IMG/VR virus record: IMGVR_UViG_3300045988_113377
Coordinates: 1 to 64,000 of that record
Source: a virus
Length of the DNA stretch: 64,000 nucleotides
Strand: one strand, 5' to 3'
Shown here: one piece after another, positions 28,631-38,526 of the stretch
Layout of the letters: every line of letters starts with the position of its first letter
Numbering within the stretch: position 1 is the first letter of the stretch
The notes under the pieces: generated by a model
What the model was told of the DNA's origin: nothing
The model's input: only the letters and a program-made list of their open reading frames with translations
Databases searched by the model: none
Position numbers and translations under genes: made by a program

Positions 28631-30331
28631 ATGACAACAATCATGTACGTGTCAGCTATCTTAGCTGTAGTGATTATTTTGACAATCATCGGAGTCTTAT
28701 CAAGGTATCGTAGATGTAAGCCTAATCAGGTCTTGGTCGTTTATGGTAAGACAGGTGGGGAAAAGAAATCGGCGAAATTATATCATGGTGGAGCGGCATT
28801 TGTCTTGCCTATTATTCAAAGCTATGATATTTTGTCTATGGAGCCTATGCAAATAGATTGTAGGCTCACCGGTGCTTTGTCGTCTCAAAATATCAGAGTG
28901 GATGTGCCTACTACTATTACAGTAGCAATCAGCACAAATCCTGAAATTATGCAGAATGCAGCAGAAAGGCTTTTGGGGATGGATACTGAATCTACTGAAA
29001 ATCTTATTACGGATATTGTTTATGGCCAAATGCGTTTGATCATTGCTGAAATGACGATTGAAAAACTTAATTCTGACAGGGATGAGTTTTTGGATAAGGC
29101 AAGAAAAAACATTGATAACGAACTTAATAAGTTAGGTCTTTACCTCCTAAATATCAACATCAGTGACATCAGAGACGAAGCCGGCTATATCATGAATCTT
29201 GGCAAAGAAGCTGAAAGTAAGGCCCTGAACGAAGCACAGGCTAATATCGAAGAACAGGAAAAGCTGGGTGCTATTAAGATTGCTGTACAGCAAAAGGAAA
29301 AAGAAACGGCTGTAGCTAATACCCAAAAAGAGCAAGAGATTCAAATTGCCTATACTGAAAAAGAAAAGGAGACAATAGTAGCTGAAACGAAGAAAGAAAA
29401 AGAAATAGCCTTGGCTTTAACCGATAAAGAAAAACAGATCGGTGTAGCTCAAGCAGATAGAGACAGGGCTGCGGTTATCGCAAAAACTTTAACCGACAAG
29501 GAATCGGCGATCGTAAGATCTAAGGCAGAACTTGAAGTAAATAAAGCCGAGGCTGAAAGGATGGAAGAAGTCGGAAAGAATAAGGCTGAAGCTGACAAGG
29601 AAGCAGCTATAGCAATACAAGACTCTGAAGCTCAGATTAAGAAGGCTGAGGCTGAGAAAAATGCGTCTATAGGATACAACAATGCCCAGAAGGAGGTTGC
29701 TGTGTCAGTATCAGAACTACAAATTATCAAAGCTCAATCAGAAAAGAAGGCCGGAGAAGAAAAAGTTAAATCGGAAGCGGCTGTAAAAACGGCAAAAGAG
29801 CTTGCTGATAAAGAAGTGGAAGAAGCTAAGGCTAAGAAAGTTCAGGCTGCGCTTAAGGCTGAAAAGATTGTGCCGGCTGAAACCCAGAAGGAAGAGGCTA
29901 TCTTGCAAGCTGATGCCGAGGCCGAGAAGATCAAACGCCGGGCTGAGGCTGAGGCATCAGCACATTTGGCAAAAGCTGAGGCAGAGGCAAAAGCTATTCA
30001 GATGAAGCTGGAGGCAGAAGCCGAAGGTAAGAAAAAGTCGTTGATGGCAGAAGCCGACGGATTTAAGGCTATGGTGGAAGCAGCAGAATCCAATCCTCAG
30101 ATAGCCATCCAGTACAAGATGGTTAATCAGTGGAAAGAAATTGCTGGAGAACAGGTTAAGGCGTTCGAGCACATTAACCTCGGAAATACCACGGTATTTG
30201 ACGGCGGTCAGAACAGTACCGGTAATTTCCTTAACAATGTTGTTAAGACCGTCGCTCCGGCATTGGGAGTCATTGATCAGCTTCCGATTGCAGATACTTT
30301 AAAGAAATTAAAAGGAGATGACAAAAAATAA
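28631..30331 (+). CDS. flotillin-like SPFH/band-7 protein (N-terminal TM, SPFH domain, long EA-rich coiled coil)
   Basis: TM helix, SPFH-like region, about 250 aa of AEAEA/KAEAE repeats typical of flotillin/YqiK. Confidence 0.75.
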   Translation: MTTIMYVSAILAVVIILTIIGVLSRYRRCKPNQVLVVYGKTGGEKKSAKLYHGGAAFVLPIIQSYDILSMEPMQIDCRLTGALSSQNIRVDVPTTITVAISTNPEIMQNAAERLLGMDTESTENLITDIVYGQMRLIIAEMTIEKLNSDRDEFLDKARKNIDNELNKLGLYLLNINISDIRDEAGYIMNLGKEAESKALNEAQANIEEQEKLGAIKIAVQQKEKETAVANTQKEQEIQIAYTEKEKETIVAETKKEKEIALALTDKEKQIGVAQADRDRAAVIAKTLTDKESAIVRSKAELEVNKAEAERMEEVGKNKAEADKEAAIAIQDSEAQIKKAEAEKNASIGYNNAQKEVAVSVSELQIIKAQSEKKAGEEKVKSEAAVKTAKELADKEVEEAKAKKVQAALKAEKIVPAETQKEEAILQADAEAEKIKRRAEAEASAHLAKAEAEAKAIQMKLEAEAEGKKKSLMAEADGFKAMVEAAESNPQIAIQYKMVNQWKEIAGEQVKAFEHINLGNTTVFDGGQNSTGNFLNNVVKTVAPALGVIDQLPIADTLKKLKGDDKK

Positions 30332-30494
30332 ATACAATGGCCCAAGGTTACACTTGGGCCTAATTGAAGAAATAAAAGCAGCATTCATAGATTTCCTGCC
30401 TGCGGGAACAGTGATTCTAAGTGCTTTACTAATTACGATATTTTTAACATGGATTTTGGACAAGATTTAGAACCAGAAGAACTGACCGGGCATT

Positions 30495-30854
30495 ATGATC
30501 AGTGTTATGGAATTGATTTTGAAACAGAAGAAGAGGAGGATGAAGAATATGACGGATGAGGAATTTGCATTAGATAATAAGAAAAAAGTTGTTGTAAGAA
30601 AAAGAATATCCTATTTAAGCAAAGGGGATAAAGTGTGGATCGTGTCTTCCGACGGCTACCTGCTACACACGGACGTCGTTCGGCGGGACCGGGGCCGATC
30701 TTATGTGGATATAGACGGGATACTGTATTGGAAGCGAGGATTAGATGGCAAGCATCGTAATCGTAATAACTACATGCAGTTTGCCATGACGCCGGAGGAC
30801 GGTAAGAAGTATGTCGTATATTACCCGGAAGGATTTAAAGACAATGACTTATGA
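30495..30854 (+). CDS. hypothetical protein (119 aa)
   Basis: ORF only. Confidence 0.45.
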   Translation: MISVMELILKQKKRRMKNMTDEEFALDNKKKVVVRKRISYLSKGDKVWIVSSDGYLLHTDVVRRDRGRSYVDIDGILYWKRGLDGKHRNRNNYMQFAMTPEDGKKYVVYYPEGFKDNDL

Positions 30855-31870
30855 TGGTCCCGGAAACGCATTTGCTATATAAGGAGTTTAATGGCGTGAA
30901 ACGTCTTGCCATTTCCTATTCCCAGATAGATACGTTTCTTACCTGTCCAATGAAATGGTATAAGACTTACGTAGAGGGCAAAAGGTCTACGGAAAAACAA
31001 GAAGCTACCTCTTATGGTACGGTTATCCATAAGACACTGGAATACTTTTTTAAGAACGGAAGACAGCCTTCTGGTAAAGACCTTGGAGAAGCAATAAGTT
31101 ACTATGCTTACCAGGAAGACATACCTTGGCAATCACCGGAAAATATGATGATAGCCATGAAGCAATCTGGAGAGCTTCTTGCTTGGATTGTGGATCTGTT
31201 CAAAAAAGACGGCAATAGGTTTATGATAGCTGATAGTGATCTTAATCCCTGCGAGAAACTTATCAGACACGGCGCTATAGTTGGAGTCGAAGAAGATTTT
31301 GTGCTGCCGTACCGTCTTCCTAAGCCTGTTAACATAAATGGAGTAATTCATACTCATGTGTACATAGTAGGATCGGTAGACCTTCATCTGGCTATAAAAA
31401 GCAAGAACGTAGTTCACCATTATGTCATAGATTGGAAATCAGGTAATAAGGTTTTTGATTCTAAGAAGTTGGAAACGAATTTACAGCATCCTATATATTC
31501 ATTTTACATCTATAGAAAATATGGTGGAGTTCTACCAGATATGAACATCTATTTCTTTACCAGAACCAGACAATACCAAAAGGTTAAGGTGGATGAGGAA
31601 CGTAAAACAAAATCTATAGAGATGCTAAATGACACTTTGTCTAAAATGTATGATTTTGAAGATAATAGTGTAAAATCATTTCAAGCGTACATCCAGGGAG
31701 CAGAAGGAGCCAGGTATAGCAAGCGGCGTGCCACCCTAAGCCAGCCTGTTTCGCAAAACAAGCTACCCTGCCCGTCAGCACTGTGTTATTATTGTGACTT
31801 TGGATTACATAACAAAAACGAATGCCCTTTCTCTTCGGATTGGGATCCGTCTAAAAAGATAAAACGATGA
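30851..31870 (+). CDS. Cas4/RecB-family PD-(D/E)XK exonuclease with Fe-S cysteine cluster
   Basis: N-terminal Cys (TFLTCPMKW), VDLH...IDWKSG nuclease core, C-terminal CPSALCYYC...ECPF. Confidence 0.65.
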   Translation: MMVPETHLLYKEFNGVKRLAISYSQIDTFLTCPMKWYKTYVEGKRSTEKQEATSYGTVIHKTLEYFFKNGRQPSGKDLGEAISYYAYQEDIPWQSPENMMIAMKQSGELLAWIVDLFKKDGNRFMIADSDLNPCEKLIRHGAIVGVEEDFVLPYRLPKPVNINGVIHTHVYIVGSVDLHLAIKSKNVVHHYVIDWKSGNKVFDSKKLETNLQHPIYSFYIYRKYGGVLPDMNIYFFTRTRQYQKVKVDEERKTKSIEMLNDTLSKMYDFEDNSVKSFQAYIQGAEGARYSKRRATLSQPVSQNKLPCPSALCYYCDFGLHNKNECPFSSDWDPSKKIKR

Positions 31871-32038
31871 AATACGAGGACGTTCAAAAGTTAAGAACAA
31901 AATACCGGCAAGACCCGGAAGTTATAAACGTAGAATACATGAGAGACGTTGCTGTAAGATGCGGGAATTTCAAGAAAGCGTTTGAGCTTCAGGAGAAGCT
32001 GGAGGATATATGGTTCAACTATTTAAAAGGAGTGTAAT
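31868..32038 (+). CDS. small hypothetical protein (56 aa; below ORF-track cutoff)
   Basis: ATGA overlap with upstream gene stop; fills gap. Confidence 0.3.
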
Positions 32039-32360
32039 GAAAGAAGATCTAATATGTGGAGTAGCGATCCTTTTGTATTTAGTTTTATTATACTTACTCA
32101 CGACAGCTTTCATAAAAACAGGTAGAGCAGTAGAGCGTTATAAGATGAAGAAGAAAACTGACAAAATCAAAGTAGGTCAAAGATACGAACATAAGAGCTA
32201 CTTTGAGGATCCATTTGAAAGAGGCAAGCATGTGATTAAGATATTAGACATAAAAGAAGGGTACGCTCTATATGAGTACGAAGAAAAACTATATATACGT
32301 TCTTCTGTGAGTCTTGAAGATATTGCTAAAATATATGTTTTAATTACTGATATAAAATAA
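32010..32360 (+). CDS. hypothetical protein with N-terminal TM helix (116 aa)
   Basis: ICGVAILLYLVLLYLLTTAFI. Confidence 0.45.
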   Translation: MVQLFKRSVMKEDLICGVAILLYLVLLYLLTTAFIKTGRAVERYKMKKKTDKIKVGQRYEHKSYFEDPFERGKHVIKILDIKEGYALYEYEEKLYIRSSVSLEDIAKIYVLITDIK

Positions 32361-32366
32361 GGGATT

Positions 32367-32753
32367 ATGGAAAAGAAAGTCACAATCAAAGAAGGAATGG
32401 ATATTTTTTACAAAAATGCAGGGAAAGATATATGGGTCTATATTGGACTTTTTGGAAATAAAGTGCTATCCATTTTAAAAAACAAAGGTGTTATTGCATG
32501 CGAAAACGATGCTGAATATTGCGTGTTGATGGATGGAGAAGATCATTTTATAAGTATAGCAAAAGACATGAGTCACGACTATTGTTGTGAGTACGTTGTA
32601 GAAAGAGCAGAAGCCTACAGAGACTACCCCTCCAAAGGTGCTACATGCAGTGTATGCCTGTTTGAAGATAATGAGAATAAAGCAAGGGAGATGTTGAAAG
32701 AGGCGATAATAGAACTTTCAAAAAATAATATAATAGATTGCGATGGGCTTTGA
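32367..32753 (+). CDS. hypothetical protein (128 aa)
   Basis: ORF only. Confidence 0.5.
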   Translation: MEKKVTIKEGMDIFYKNAGKDIWVYIGLFGNKVLSILKNKGVIACENDAEYCVLMDGEDHFISIAKDMSHDYCCEYVVERAEAYRDYPSKGATCSVCLFEDNENKAREMLKEAIIELSKNNIIDCDGL

Positions 32754-34164
32754 ACTTAGACCTTACCAAAAAGAAGCAGTAGATGCCGGGCTTAAGTTTC
32801 TTACAGGAAGATCTAAGAAGCCTGGCATAATCGTAGCCCCATGCGGATGTGGAAAGAGCCTTCTGATATCCAAGATAGCACATGAAATAAATAGACCGAC
32901 ATTAGTATTACAGCCCTCAAAAGAGATTCTGGAGCAGAATTATGCAAAGGCCGTATCATTCGGTTCTAAACCTACTATATATTCTGCTTCATGTGGTATA
33001 AAGGAGCTGTCGGCTATGACTTATGCAACATTAAAGAGCATAAAGAAAGATGTAGCGAGGTTGAAGGATATAGGGATAGATACCTTATTGATAGACGAAT
33101 GTCATTCAGGATATTCTCCTGAAGAAGGTTCTGAATTTATGGAGTTTATGAACAGGTTCCCAGAGGCGAAGGTGCTGGGCTTCACCGCCACTCCCTGCCG
33201 CCTCCGAACCTACAGTTCCATGCTGGAAGGGAACTATAGCAAGCTCAATATGCTGACGAAAGACGAGCATAACTTCTTCAAGAAAATAGTTCATGTGATT
33301 CAAATACAAGAACTAACTTCTCAAGGGTTTTGGTGTCCACTTAAGTACGAACGATGGTCGTTTGATGAATCGGCTCTGATGTTAAACAGTACCGGAGCCG
33401 AATACACCAACGAATCTATTAAAGAAAGTATTGTACGAAACGGCTTAAACAACTCTATCTACAAGCGCCTTCTTCAACTTATGAACGAACGTAAAGCCAT
33501 TTTGGTTTGCATGGATTCTATCGAATCATGTAATAGAATATCCGAGTTCATGAATGCCAGGATGGGAGCCATAACAGGTGTCGTAACATCGCTAACAACC
33601 AAAAAGAAAAGAGAGCAAATCATATCCGATTTCAAAGAAGGTAAGTTAAAGGTCGTGTTTAATTATTCAACGCTTGCTACCGGATTTGATTTTCCTGAAC
33701 TTGATTGTGTGATGTTTGGACGACCAACGTTCTCATATTCAGTATTTTACCAAATTGTAGGTCGAGCCGTCCGCATCCATCCTGACAAGAAAGAGGCGCT
33801 GATAGTTGATTGCTGCGACAACATGAGGCGTTTCGGCCGGATAGAAGATTTAACGATCGAACAATTTCCTTCTAAGGGATGGTGTATGTTTGCCGGCGAT
33901 CAACTTCTGTCCAATATAAGGATGGGTGATATTATTACCAAAGACGAAATCCTTCGCCGGGCAGCCTCGCTTAAATCCGTAAATGGAGATGGTAGGAGAG
34001 AGGACGATCTTGACAGCATAATAATGTGGTTTGGAAAATATGAAGGAATTAGATTCAAAGACATACCGGTGTCGTATTTTAGGTTCTTGGCTGAGAATAT
34101 GACAGTAAAACCGGGAGATAGGAAAGAAAAGATTATCGAATATTATAATAGGATAAAGGCATGA
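32743..34164 (+). CDS. SF2 DEAH-box DNA helicase (motif I APCGCGKS, motif II DECH, motif III TATP)
   Basis: canonical helicase motifs in order. Confidence 0.75.
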   Translation: MGFELRPYQKEAVDAGLKFLTGRSKKPGIIVAPCGCGKSLLISKIAHEINRPTLVLQPSKEILEQNYAKAVSFGSKPTIYSASCGIKELSAMTYATLKSIKKDVARLKDIGIDTLLIDECHSGYSPEEGSEFMEFMNRFPEAKVLGFTATPCRLRTYSSMLEGNYSKLNMLTKDEHNFFKKIVHVIQIQELTSQGFWCPLKYERWSFDESALMLNSTGAEYTNESIKESIVRNGLNNSIYKRLLQLMNERKAILVCMDSIESCNRISEFMNARMGAITGVVTSLTTKKKREQIISDFKEGKLKVVFNYSTLATGFDFPELDCVMFGRPTFSYSVFYQIVGRAVRIHPDKKEALIVDCCDNMRRFGRIEDLTIEQFPSKGWCMFAGDQLLSNIRMGDIITKDEILRRAASLKSVNGDGRREDDLDSIIMWFGKYEGIRFKDIPVSYFRFLAENMTVKPGDRKEKIIEYYNRIKA

Positions 34165-34517
34165 ACAACAAGAGAAGAAAAAAAATATCAGATGTTATCA
34201 AAAACGCAAATAAGTATAAAACAGATTTTGAATACATCAAATCAAAGTTATCGGAGTTAAAGCACAACATAAATTCAGCCAAAGATGATATTGATATGAT
34301 TTTAGATGAAGAGACGGAGGCGAGAGATAATATACCGGAATCGTTACAAGACTCAGAAAGATATTGGGAATCAGATCGGGCTGTAACTGATATGGAGGAG
34401 GTGGTTGATGACATGGAAGGCATTATAAATGATATAGATGATGTGATTTCAACCATAGATGGGAGCATTAAAACCATAAATGGTTCTATAAAAGTAAATT
34501 TAGAAGGAATAATGTGA
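34161..34517 (+). CDS. acidic coiled-coil protein (118 aa)
   Basis: ORF, ATGA overlap. Confidence 0.45.
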   Translation: MNNKRRKKISDVIKNANKYKTDFEYIKSKLSELKHNINSAKDDIDMILDEETEARDNIPESLQDSERYWESDRAVTDMEEVVDDMEGIINDIDDVISTIDGSIKTINGSIKVNLEGIM

Positions 34518-34550
34518 GTCTATAAAAACACTATAAGTAAAATTTAACAC

Positions 34551-34616
34551 AATACGCTTGTATTAAAGTTACACAATCTATATTTTTACGTCGTGTAATT
34601 TTAATACAAGCGTATT
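34551..34616 (+). promoter_or_regulatory. long nested inverted repeat (17-bp perfect arms AATACGCTTGTATTAAA / TTTAATACAAGCGTATT, inner TTACAC/GTGTAA), followed by T-tract; terminator and/or operator
   Basis: arms 34551-34567 and 34600-34616. Confidence 0.5.
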
Positions 34617-34637
34617 TTATTAAATAATTTAAAAGTT

Positions 34638-35354
34638 ATGATTTCTAAAGACAGGTTATTGTATGGAGTGGTAATCAGACAGGACATTAAAACTTCCTTT
34701 ATGTCATTAACTGGATTACAAGAGGCATATACAAGAAAAAGAGTGGAGATGGGGTGGAATGATAAGAGAATAGAAAATATTCTTTCGAACAAGGAGAGTG
34801 CAGAAAGGATATTTTATATTCTTAAAAAACAGAAATACATAAAAAGTGAAACCTTGAAAGAGTTTATGGATATAGTGGAAAACAACTCTTTGATAAAAGT
34901 AATGAAGTGGTATAATGCCTATAAGACTACAGGAAGAGGAACAAACAGGAATGTCATGTGTGATCCCTACATATGGGTATTAGTCGCTATAGAATTAAAT
35001 CCTATGCTGTATGCAGAAGTCACTGGATGGTTAAATGATAAACTTATTTTGGATAGAATAGAGATAGGAGATAAATACAATACTCTTTCAAGGTCTGTAT
35101 CAAAATTTGAAGATGTTGATTACATAGAAATGGCTGATAAATTAAACTGGATTGTATTCAATAAACATAAATATGTTTTAGATAACAGAGCAACCCAAGA
35201 GCAGTTAAAAGAACTTGAAACGCTTCAATCTAATCTTGCATTTTGTATAGAAATGGGAACCATATCCTCTTTTTCCGATTTAATGAACATGATGAGATCT
35301 ATATATGTAAAGAAATGGGGAGAAGAGACTGTAACCTCTAAAAAAGTAAAATAA
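34638..35354 (+). CDS. hypothetical protein, possible KilA-N/APSES-like DNA-binding N-terminus (238 aa)
   Basis: weak resemblance only; AATTTAAAAGTTA motif just upstream. Confidence 0.35.
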   Translation: MISKDRLLYGVVIRQDIKTSFMSLTGLQEAYTRKRVEMGWNDKRIENILSNKESAERIFYILKKQKYIKSETLKEFMDIVENNSLIKVMKWYNAYKTTGRGTNRNVMCDPYIWVLVAIELNPMLYAEVTGWLNDKLILDRIEIGDKYNTLSRSVSKFEDVDYIEMADKLNWIVFNKHKYVLDNRATQEQLKELETLQSNLAFCIEMGTISSFSDLMNMMRSIYVKKWGEETVTSKKVK

Positions 35355-35355
35355 T

Positions 35356-35643
35356 ATGGGAGTAAAAGAAATAAGAGAACTACTTAGACTCTACAATCTC
35401 GAACATAGTGTCGTCCAGAACAAAAGCTCTGGGCGCTATTCTATTATTCTTCACAATAACATCATAGGAACGAACGTAGATGGAGAGAAGGTAGTTGTAT
35501 TCAGGACCATTCCGGAAGGAAGCAACACGTTCTCTATGGAACGAAATAGATTCTATGAGGAATTTGTAGAGGTTTTTGATGACGATAAGGCGATTGAAGC
35601 CGTAAGACAATATTTTGAGAATAACAGGAATGATAGAGTGTAA
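35356..35643 (+). CDS. hypothetical protein (95 aa)
   Basis: ORF only. Confidence 0.45.
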   Translation: MGVKEIRELLRLYNLEHSVVQNKSSGRYSIILHNNIIGTNVDGEKVVVFRTIPEGSNTFSMERNRFYEEFVEVFDDDKAIEAVRQYFENNRNDRV

Positions 35644-35695
35644 GACGAAGATGGATTATATTACTATAGAAATGAGGTAAAACAACGATAAAACA

Positions 35696-36229
35696 ATGGA
35701 AAAGATGGATGATAACACTAAAAATATCCTTTATCCAAAAGGATCTATTTTTCGCATATTGAAAGATGATATAATCAGTGCAGAATTTAAAATAGCCAAA
35801 GGAGCTATAGCGGAGGCAGTATCAGACATAGAAGTAAATGATAAATATGCTGAGGTTTGTTGTAATGGGGAGACGTTCGTCATAGAAACGGATATTATGG
35901 ATATTATTCTTTCCAAAGACCCCGTAGAAAATAAATCGGTGAAAAATGACATCATTGACGATAAACTACGATGGGATTTACTTCCAATGGAAGAGATTGA
36001 GGACATTGTAAAAGTCTATCATGCCGGCGCCAAGAAATATGGGCCTAATAATTGGCAGAATCTTGACAACGGCTTTGAACGGTACCGTGCGGCAATGTTT
36101 CGACACCTAATGGAATACATGAAAGGAGAAAGAGTGGATAAAGAGACGAATGTACACCATTTAGCTGCGGCTGCATGGAATGTGATAACTATGTTGTGGT
36201 ATGATAAACACGGGAAAGGATTAATATAA
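35696..36229 (+). CDS. dATP/dGTP pyrophosphohydrolase-like (DUF550) domain protein
   Basis: C-terminal RWDLLP...YHAGAKKYGPNNW...RAAMFRHL...GE..DKETNVHHLAAAAWN matches DUF550 signature. Confidence 0.55.
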   Translation: MEKMDDNTKNILYPKGSIFRILKDDIISAEFKIAKGAIAEAVSDIEVNDKYAEVCCNGETFVIETDIMDIILSKDPVENKSVKNDIIDDKLRWDLLPMEEIEDIVKVYHAGAKKYGPNNWQNLDNGFERYRAAMFRHLMEYMKGERVDKETNVHHLAAAAWNVITMLWYDKHGKGLI

Positions 36230-36243
36230 AAAGCGAAATAACA

Positions 36244-36874
36244 ATGGAAGAAAAATGGGCTGATATTGACGGATATGACGGATACCAAGTAAGCAATATG
36301 GGTAATATTAGAAGTCTGAAAAGCATGAAAATATTAAAACAGCAAGAAAAAGAAAATGGATATAATACTGTGTCTTTAAGAAGAGAGGGGGTGTTAAAAC
36401 AACTCTATGTACATAGGCTTGTAGCATTGGCATTTTGTGAAAAAGAAGAATGGAAAAATCATGTTGATCATATAAATTGCATAAGAAATGACAATCGAAG
36501 CGACAATTTAAGATGGTGCACTCCAAAAGAGAATTGTAATTTTCCACAAACAAGAATAAACGCCTCTAAATCTTTAAAATTAGCAATGAATAGAGAGGAT
36601 GTTAAAGAGAAACTTGCAAATTCGATGAAAGACGTTTTTAGCAGAAGAAATGTAAAAGAAAAGATGTCGAAAGCATCAATATTGAATCATGAAAATGGAT
36701 TATACGATCACTTAAAAAAAAGAAGTTTTAAAATTAGATAAAGAGGGGAATGTTTTAAAGAACTACGAATCGGTGTCATCTGTTGCAAATGACGGATATG
36801 ATCCAAGTTTTGTATCAAAGGTATGTAGAGGCGATAAGTCCATAGCTTATGGATATATATGGAGATTTAAATAA
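36244..36874 (+). CDS. HNH homing endonuclease (NUMOD4 + HNH_3 + C-terminal DNA-binding tail), reading frame broken at A8 run 36713-36720
   Basis: WADIDGYDGYQVSNMGNIRS (NUMOD4), VHRLVALAF...VDHINCIRNDNRSDNLRWCT (HNH); downstream frame encodes ...NYESVSSVANDGYDPSFVSKVCRGDKSIAYGYIWRFK, typical homing-endonuclease C-terminus. Confidence 0.65.
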
Positions 36875-36958
36875 TAACATAATTAGGTGCTTGTCGTCAA
36901 TAAGCACTTTGATGAATAACAAAACCATTCACATCATAAATTATAAGGAGGAAAAGAA

Positions 36959-37270
36959 ATGACAACAGAACAACTAAATTATTTATTAAGAGAAGAGCTT
37001 TATGCTATAAAAAACCATAAAGACAATATTGATAGAATCAAAAAAGAATATTTTGATTCCAATTATGGGTTAAAAGAAGGAGATAAGATCCGTATTTTAC
37101 ACGAAGCAGGAGATGAAATGATAGGCTTCTTGAAAAAAGTTGAAGTATGTGGAGACGGAGATCTGTACTTGACAATCCAAAAACAAAACGAAAAAGGTGA
37201 CAGAGGCAAAGGGAAATGGAATATGTATCTATCATCAAAATTAATTAAAATAGAAAAATTATCAGATTAA
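36959..37270 (+). CDS. hypothetical protein (103 aa)
   Basis: strong SD AAGGAGG. Confidence 0.55.
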   Translation: MTTEQLNYLLREELYAIKNHKDNIDRIKKEYFDSNYGLKEGDKIRILHEAGDEMIGFLKKVEVCGDGDLYLTIQKQNEKGDRGKGKWNMYLSSKLIKIEKLSD

Positions 37271-37277
37271 TAACGAT

Positions 37278-37820
37278 ATGATTAGAGCAAGATTTTACAT
37301 TAAAAAATCCGACTGCGGTAACGACTACCGTCCAGTCAAATGGCCTATAAAATATCCATATTGGTGTAGTGGTGAATCCGATGATTCATTCATACTTGTA
37401 GCGTATGCCGAAGACGAAGACAGCATAAAAGAGCTGTGGCCGGAAGCATACGATATTAATGTCTTAGAAAAAGATACTGAGGTTAAATTCACATTAAGAT
37501 TTCCTAAGCCTAAATGGTATGAATTGCAAGAAGAGAGATCAGAAGAGTATGATAAATTATATGGTAAATTCGTATGGGTTACAGACATGTGTCTAAAAGA
37601 TGGGAAAATAAGAAAGGTAAAAGCCAGAATAGAAGATTGTGGTGGTCTTTTATTAGCCGACACTCCTGGTCGTTACACCCCTTATCAGATAGGGGATTGT
37701 GCTTTTGAAAGCAAGGAAGAGGCTTTAAAACATGCAGAGGAACAGAGAACGAATTTAATTAAGTCTCTTAGGTTACAAATACATGAACTTGAAAATCTAA
37801 AATTCGAATGCGATGATTAA
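37278..37820 (+). CDS. hypothetical protein (180 aa)
   Basis: ORF only. Confidence 0.55.
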   Translation: MIRARFYIKKSDCGNDYRPVKWPIKYPYWCSGESDDSFILVAYAEDEDSIKELWPEAYDINVLEKDTEVKFTLRFPKPKWYELQEERSEEYDKLYGKFVWVTDMCLKDGKIRKVKARIEDCGGLLLADTPGRYTPYQIGDCAFESKEEALKHAEEQRTNLIKSLRLQIHELENLKFECDD

Positions 37821-38526
37821 CTATGCAGCAAAAGCCAGAAAAGCTTATTTGATAAACAATTTCGATAAGATTCTTAACAGCCTCAACACGCTTCATTCAA
37901 CGGTTGAAACCATGACGTTGTTCGTAAATGACCAGGCTTATAATTACATTCTTAAGCTAAAGGAAGTAATTAAAACCAGTCCTATGTATAAGCACAATAT
38001 CAAGCGTCTTTTAAATGACATGGACAAAGAGATAAAGAGGTACAATGCTTCTATCTACTACATAAATAAAGAGCGTAGTGAGGTTATAGCTGATATAACA
38101 CAAGCGATGGAAGATTGCCTCATGCCATACATAGACGACCTGGCCGGCGCTATAAGGGCAGCCGTGTGGTCGAAGGGTGTGTCCGAGGAGCGGACGGAAG
38201 CGGCGGTATTGTCCCTAATCGTATCCTCCTTGGCCACGACATCAGGCAGACTTATCTCAGGTGGATATCAGATCATGAAAGAAATGGGTGGGGGTCAAGG
38301 TGGTAATCCATTTACGTTTATGAGCATTGATAAGATAAGACACTTATCTACATCATTATCTGATGCTATTACCGGTGGGGAAATAGCTCTTGAGGAAAAA
38401 GAAGCCAATGACATAACTAAGGCAATGGATATTTTTATTGAGAAAATGTCTGATTCGGATATTGTTGATAAGGTGATCAGCATACTTGAAGAGGCTGAAT
38501 CTAAAAATAAGGAGGAGCGATCGTGA
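37813..38526 (+). CDS. hypothetical protein (237 aa)
   Basis: ORF only. Confidence 0.55.
   Translation: MINYAAKARKAYLINNFDKILNSLNTLHSTVETMTLFVNDQAYNYILKLKEVIKTSPMYKHNIKRLLNDMDKEIKRYNASIYYINKERSEVIADITQAMEDCLMPYIDDLAGAIRAAVWSKGVSEERTEAAVLSLIVSSLATTSGRLISGGYQIMKEMGGGQGGNPFTFMSIDKIRHLSTSLSDAITGGEIALEEKEANDITKAMDIFIEKMSDSDIVDKVISILEEAESKNKEERS

Noticed and set aside
29802-30005. Arg-rich 67-aa plus ORF (LRLRKFRLRLRLKRL)
   Set aside because: Alternate frame of the GAAGCTGAG repeat region encoding the flotillin EA coiled coil. Repeat artefact.
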